Shown here in pieces: positions 50,204 through 54,056 of a DNA stretch of 54,056 bases. Made by a program: the position numbers and the translations under genes. Source of the DNA: a virus (lineage: Duplodnaviria > Caudoviricetes); the IMG/VR virus record IMGVR_UViG_3300028045_000020, positions 1-54,056 of that record, one strand, 5' to 3'. Under the pieces are notes generated by a model. The model worked only from the letters and a program-made list of their open reading frames with translations. It made no database searches and had not been told where the DNA came from. How positions within the stretch are numbered: position 1 is the first letter of the stretch; every line of letters starts with the position of its first letter.

Positions 50204-53200
50204 TTAGTACGGACATTTTCCAAGAGACTTAGCGCAGCCTCTGTAGGTAAGGTCATTTCGACCATCCTCAGTCTTTCTGACATCTCCCCTTCTGCCCTCA
50301 GTACCGACATCCATTAAAGTTTCTGATGGTCCGCCGGCTATAAGGCAATACGAATCAGCATCCGAACTACTATATATGTATCCCCTACCGCTTCCGCCCT
50401 CCTCGTACTCCCATACACTATCATCGTTGCTATTGTATCCGGCAGTATCTTTTAGGTATTGCCATAAATATCCTGTAGCATCTTCAATTCCTATATTAGA
50501 TATTAACCGGGCATGGTTAGATCCACTATGGCGTCCCGGTGTTACTTTTGCAGACAGCTTTGGAAGATGTTTAGTAACAAAACCGTTGTGTTTGGATTCT
50601 CCCATAACCATTAACAAGAACCTACCAGAAGGAACCCCACCATCAGCTTTAATGGTCACTGTGTTGGATTCAAATAATACTGGACTTTTGTTTGAACTAA
50701 CTTCTACTACCCTACCGTCTGCTGTGTTATTCAGTAGGTCACTTATCCAATAGTTTGGGGCACTGGTGGGCTTACTTATTAATTTCCAGGTAAACTCCGT
50801 ATCATCAAGTCGTGAGATGACAATCGCCGTAGGGGCAATAACGCTAGTATCTATTACTGATTCAACAGAACCATCATTATCGATAAAGAGACATTGCCCG
50901 ACGGATGGATCGTCTGGCGCAAACCAAACCAAGTTAATAAAAGTTACTAATCGTTCCTCATCGAAGTTGTTACCTATTCGCTGTACCATATGGGGAAGAA
51001 GTCCCTGTTCTGGAACTTGCTCATCAACTACACCCATGTCTACAGGCATCGTATTGGAATAGCGCTGAAAGAAGGAGACCTTTCCTGGCGAATGGTCTTT
51101 CGTCCAGGCGACGGCCATGGTGGAGTCTTCACGACTACTAATTGCTACAAGGGGTACCTTCTGTATTGGAAGACTCATGGCCGGTGCTGGAGCAACCTCG
51201 ATTCGGTACGACTTACCTCGCCCAGTTACGACACAACTCGTTCCATTAGACGCTACCCCAGAAATTGCAGTAGTGGAAAATCTTTGATATGCCTTACTCC
51301 AGGTATTACCCTTATCTGAGGATATAGCATACCCTCCCTCGCCGTGTACTATTACGACGATGTCGCCAAAAACACTAATCTTTGATACTTCATAGGATGG
51401 GCGTGGTGGAATTATTTTGGCATCCCATAAGGTACCAGCTGTGGACACATACGCATACTCGCCACTACCAACTGCAATAAATTGCGTACCAGTCCAGACG
51501 ATGGCGGATAAGGGATGTCCTATCGATGTCGATACATTAGTCCAATCGGTACCATTTGGAGATGTCTGTATTGTCCCACCATCTCCAACTATAACCATTA
51601 GGCTCTCGTTCGACGTTGCGTAATTAAACTTTATAGAAGGATCGATGCCTGCGCCTGCGCTTTGGGAAACCCAGAGCAATCCATCAACTGAGGTAAGGAT
51701 GCAATTATTTTCCCCTACCGCTAAAAACATAGTGCCGGTGAAGAATATTTTAGTTATCTCCTCCGGGGCAACATAGCCAGTATCCCTCCAAACGATCCCA
51801 TCTTTAGATGACGCCATCCGTCGGGAAGTTGCATCACTGATTAGCCATATACCAAGGCCGTATGCTACGGCACTCCAATTTGCTTTATTATATCTTCTGT
51901 CGGTCCAATCGATTCCATTTGTAGAAGTTTTGATTAATCCCTCCTCCCCTACCATTACAAACAAACCATCGAGGTAAGCTATGTCCAACACTGTCCCGAA
52001 TCCTACAACAGAGATGTCCGGGAGTCCGCCTCCCCGCCGCTGTTGTACACTATATGCAAAGCCAGAAGCCCGGTTAAATCTCCAGGTAATTCCATCAATA
52101 GTCTCAGCCTCGGTAGTGTGCCAAGCATGGATTAACATTTCTTTGTTAAGGAGTCTATTGGTATCTCGTAAAGTAAACCCGGAGTTATTAAACGCTCCAA
52201 CCGTCAGGTTTGTGTCCCACAGCGGAAGGCTCGGTTCAATAAATCTCATAGGTAGTGCCGCACTACTTGAGTCATCGGCATTCCATATCATTCCGCCACT
52301 GTTGGGAGAATTATAATCTGCCCCCAACCCCACATTATAAGCTGGAGTTAGAGCGTCAGTTCGGTGCGCTCCGGCTACGACAGCATATCCATTAGCATGT
52401 TCCCTGAATGCTACTACTAAATAATTTCCAAAATCATTCAGTTCGCTAAGTTGTACCTTAGTCCCAACTACCAGTTGTCTCCCGACAATAGGCTCCACGC
52501 TCGATGTATCCCGGGAGTTATAGAGATTGAATGCGCTAAAATTATTTTGTTTTCTATAAATAACTCTGATAGCATCACTAGCATCAGTACGGTGTATCAT
52601 TACAGTATCCGGGGCGAACCCCACGTCTATGCATGAACCGTCATAATTATTGTGGCTCATTTCGCAGATGGTGGTATCCGCGGATACCATCAGGTGGTTT
52701 GGGCGAGCTATCTTAATAGTGCAATCTTCTCCTACGGCAATTAAGGCACCATCAAAGTAGCTAATACTATGAAATGATTTGTTGTTACCGAGCCGAACTA
52801 TTGATTCCCAACCAATGCCGTCATGTGAGGTTTGGACCTGTCCCCTGCTACCTAACAGGGTAAACGTACTCCCATCCCAAACAACATCACTGATCCTATC
52901 AATCGTACCAGAGGCGTTATCGCTGTGGGTCCAATTGATTCCATCGTAGGAAGTTTGTAGTTCTCCGCCATTACCAGTCACCAGGAATATGGATCCGTTC
53001 CAGTTGACACTAGTAAAGAGATCGGAGAAGTCGTTACTGATAACAGTGGCCCTGCTCCAAGTAATTCCATCAGTAGAAATTTGTATTTCACTATCTCCGC
53101 CTACGGCCACAAAGCTACCGTTCCCCCAAACAACATCATAGAACTGTCCGGTATAACTACCCGCACTACTCGTGCTATTCCAGGTACTACCGTCATCAAT

Positions 53201-54055
53201 GGAATACTGAATAGTTCCATTGTCACCAACCGCAACCAACGCTGAGGGCCCTGCTGCGACGCCTCGGAATCTACCAGTGAACGCGTTGGCATTATCGTGA
53301 TGAACCCAATCAACCCCATTAATCGATGTTTGTATTTCACCAACATCTCCCACAATAATGAAGGAGTTGGTGTTAAATGTAGTACCACCATACCAGGTGC
53401 TAGTGTAAGCGTATGCTGGCGAAGACAGTATCCAAGTTTTTTTATCTGTGGTGTGGAGGATGGTGCCGGAGGATCCCAACAGTAGCATCATGTTATTATT
53501 ATGCAATACTTTAAATAATGTAACAGTTAGATCGATCCCTGCTATGGCGGCTGTATCTGCCTCGTCCCAAACGATACGGTGTTTGGCATTGTTACCTTCC
53601 ATCGGCGTTTTCTCAGGAAACCAGGCATACATCATGTATTCGTCATAAGAAGAAATACTTCCGATGTGGATCAGTCCGCCGTGCCCTACCACTATCCACT
53701 TGCCCTTAAAAAACCCCACACCACGAAGAGGATTGTTCGGAGTTATGCTATCATGCTTAATCCACGAATCATCGTAAGGGTCGTCACTCATGGATGTTCG
53801 TATTTCTCCGTAGTCAGGATTGCCTGGCGGGTTCGAAGGGTCCAAGACGGGCCCTACCCTCATAGAATAAGCTCCATTACTGGCCACGAAGCTTGGGGCA
53901 TGGGTTTGGCCCGAGACACTCCCGACATAAGTCCAATTGATTCCATCCGGAGAGGTTTGTACCTCAGTGTCATTGTTGGCGTAAATGGTAAATTTTGATC
54001 CGTCATAGTCTATGTAATTAAACCATTGCGTAGTTCCGTTAGCGTTATCTCGTAT
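50204..54055 (-). CDS. Third giant tail fibre paralog, 5' end beyond the window
   Basis: The frame stays open upstream of the track's GTG at 53887 to the window edge (IRDNANGTTQW...EVQTSPDGINW). GIEDATGYLWQ, LIAGG and YRGCAK motifs. Confidence 0.8.
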   Translation of the reverse strand: MRDNANGTTQWFNYIDYDGSKFTIYANNDTEVQTSPDGINWTYVGSVSGQTHAPSFVASNGAYSMRVGPVLDPSNPPGNPDYGEIRTSMSDDPYDDSWIKHDSITPNNPLRGVGFFKGKWIVVGHGGLIHIGSISSYDEYMMYAWFPEKTPMEGNNAKHRIVWDEADTAAIAGIDLTVTLFKVLHNNNMMLLLGSSGTILHTTDKKTWILSSPAYAYTSTWYGGTTFNTNSFIIVGDVGEIQTSINGVDWVHHDNANAFTGRFRGVAAGPSALVAVGDNGTIQYSIDDGSTWNSTSSAGSYTGQFYDVVWGNGSFVAVGGDSEIQISTDGITWSRATVISNDFSDLFTSVNWNGSIFLVTGNGGELQTSYDGINWTHSDNASGTIDRISDVVWDGSTFTLLGSRGQVQTSHDGIGWESIVRLGNNKSFHSISYFDGALIAVGEDCTIKIARPNHLMVSADTTICEMSHNNYDGSCIDVGFAPDTVMIHRTDASDAIRVIYRKQNNFSAFNLYNSRDTSSVEPIVGRQLVVGTKVQLSELNDFGNYLVVAFREHANGYAVVAGAHRTDALTPAYNVGLGADYNSPNSGGMIWNADDSSSAALPMRFIEPSLPLWDTNLTVGAFNNSGFTLRDTNRLLNKEMLIHAWHTTEAETIDGITWRFNRASGFAYSVQQRRGGGLPDISVVGFGTVLDIAYLDGLFVMVGEEGLIKTSTNGIDWTDRRYNKANWSAVAYGLGIWLISDATSRRMASSKDGIVWRDTGYVAPEEITKIFFTGTMFLAVGENNCILTSVDGLLWVSQSAGAGIDPSIKFNYATSNESLMVIVGDGGTIQTSPNGTDWTNVSTSIGHPLSAIVWTGTQFIAVGSGEYAYVSTAGTLWDAKIIPPRPSYEVSKISVFGDIVVIVHGEGGYAISSDKGNTWSKAYQRFSTTAISGVASNGTSCVVTGRGKSYRIEVAPAPAMSLPIQKVPLVAISSREDSTMAVAWTKDHSPGKVSFFQRYSNTMPVDMGVVDEQVPEQGLLPHMVQRIGNNFDEERLVTFINLVWFAPDDPSVGQCLFIDNDGSVESVIDTSVIAPTAIVISRLDDTEFTWKLISKPTSAPNYWISDLLNNTADGRVVEVSSNKSPVLFESNTVTIKADGGVPSGRFLLMVMGESKHNGFVTKHLPKLSAKVTPGRHSGSNHARLISNIGIEDATGYLWQYLKDTAGYNSNDDSVWEYEEGGSGRGYIYSSSDADSYCLIAGGPSETLMDVGTEGRRGDVRKTEDGRNDLTYRGCAKSLGKCPY

Positions 54056-54056
54056 A

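Noticed and set aside
37036-53998. Many antisense or alternate-frame ORFs in the fibre genes (e.g. 37644..37976, 41820..42266, 53579..53998)
   Set aside because: Shadow ORFs of long coding genes, with no RBS or recognisable motifs.
36587-54056. CRISPR array or DGR suggested by recurring ~30-nt repeats
   Set aside because: The repeats are in-frame, degenerate and irregularly spaced, and they encode propeller blades; no cas genes, RT or template repeat were seen.
1-54056. tRNA/rRNA genes, integrase, transposase, alternative genetic code
   Set aside because: No such features recognised; long ORFs are intact under the standard code and all three stop codons are used.

Overview
This window looks like part of a nucleus-forming (phiKZ-like, Chimalliviridae-type) jumbo phage genome. 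It is AT-rich, gene-dense and mostly minus-strand. Bases ~1.7-28 kb hold the phiKZ-like transcription/nucleus core block: an SF2 helicase, three split multisubunit RNA polymerase subunits (beta-C; beta'-N with NADFDGD; beta'-C), a gp68-like sigma-type subunit, candidate chimallin (ChmA) and PicA/Imp1 genes (assigned mainly by synteny), and an SbcD/Mre11-like nuclease. Extra genes are interleaved in this block: a baseplate-spike cassette, a diverged paralog pair and two membrane-anchored small proteins. Bases ~28-36.5 kb carry probable virion genes, a UvsX/RecA, and a GH108 endolysin plus holin. Bases ~36.6-54 kb carry three giant paralogous tail-fibre-like genes in which an Mtd-like C-type-lectin domain is split by nested beta-propeller repeats. 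The intergenic DNA has two recurrent signals: a minus-strand promoter-like motif (ATATATATTAT) and a family of long, near-perfect hairpins. One copy of the promoter motif points into an ORF-free, GU-rich structured region (~1390-1605) that is a candidate novel ncRNA. phiKZ gp equivalences come from recalled gene order and motifs, not from database searches.
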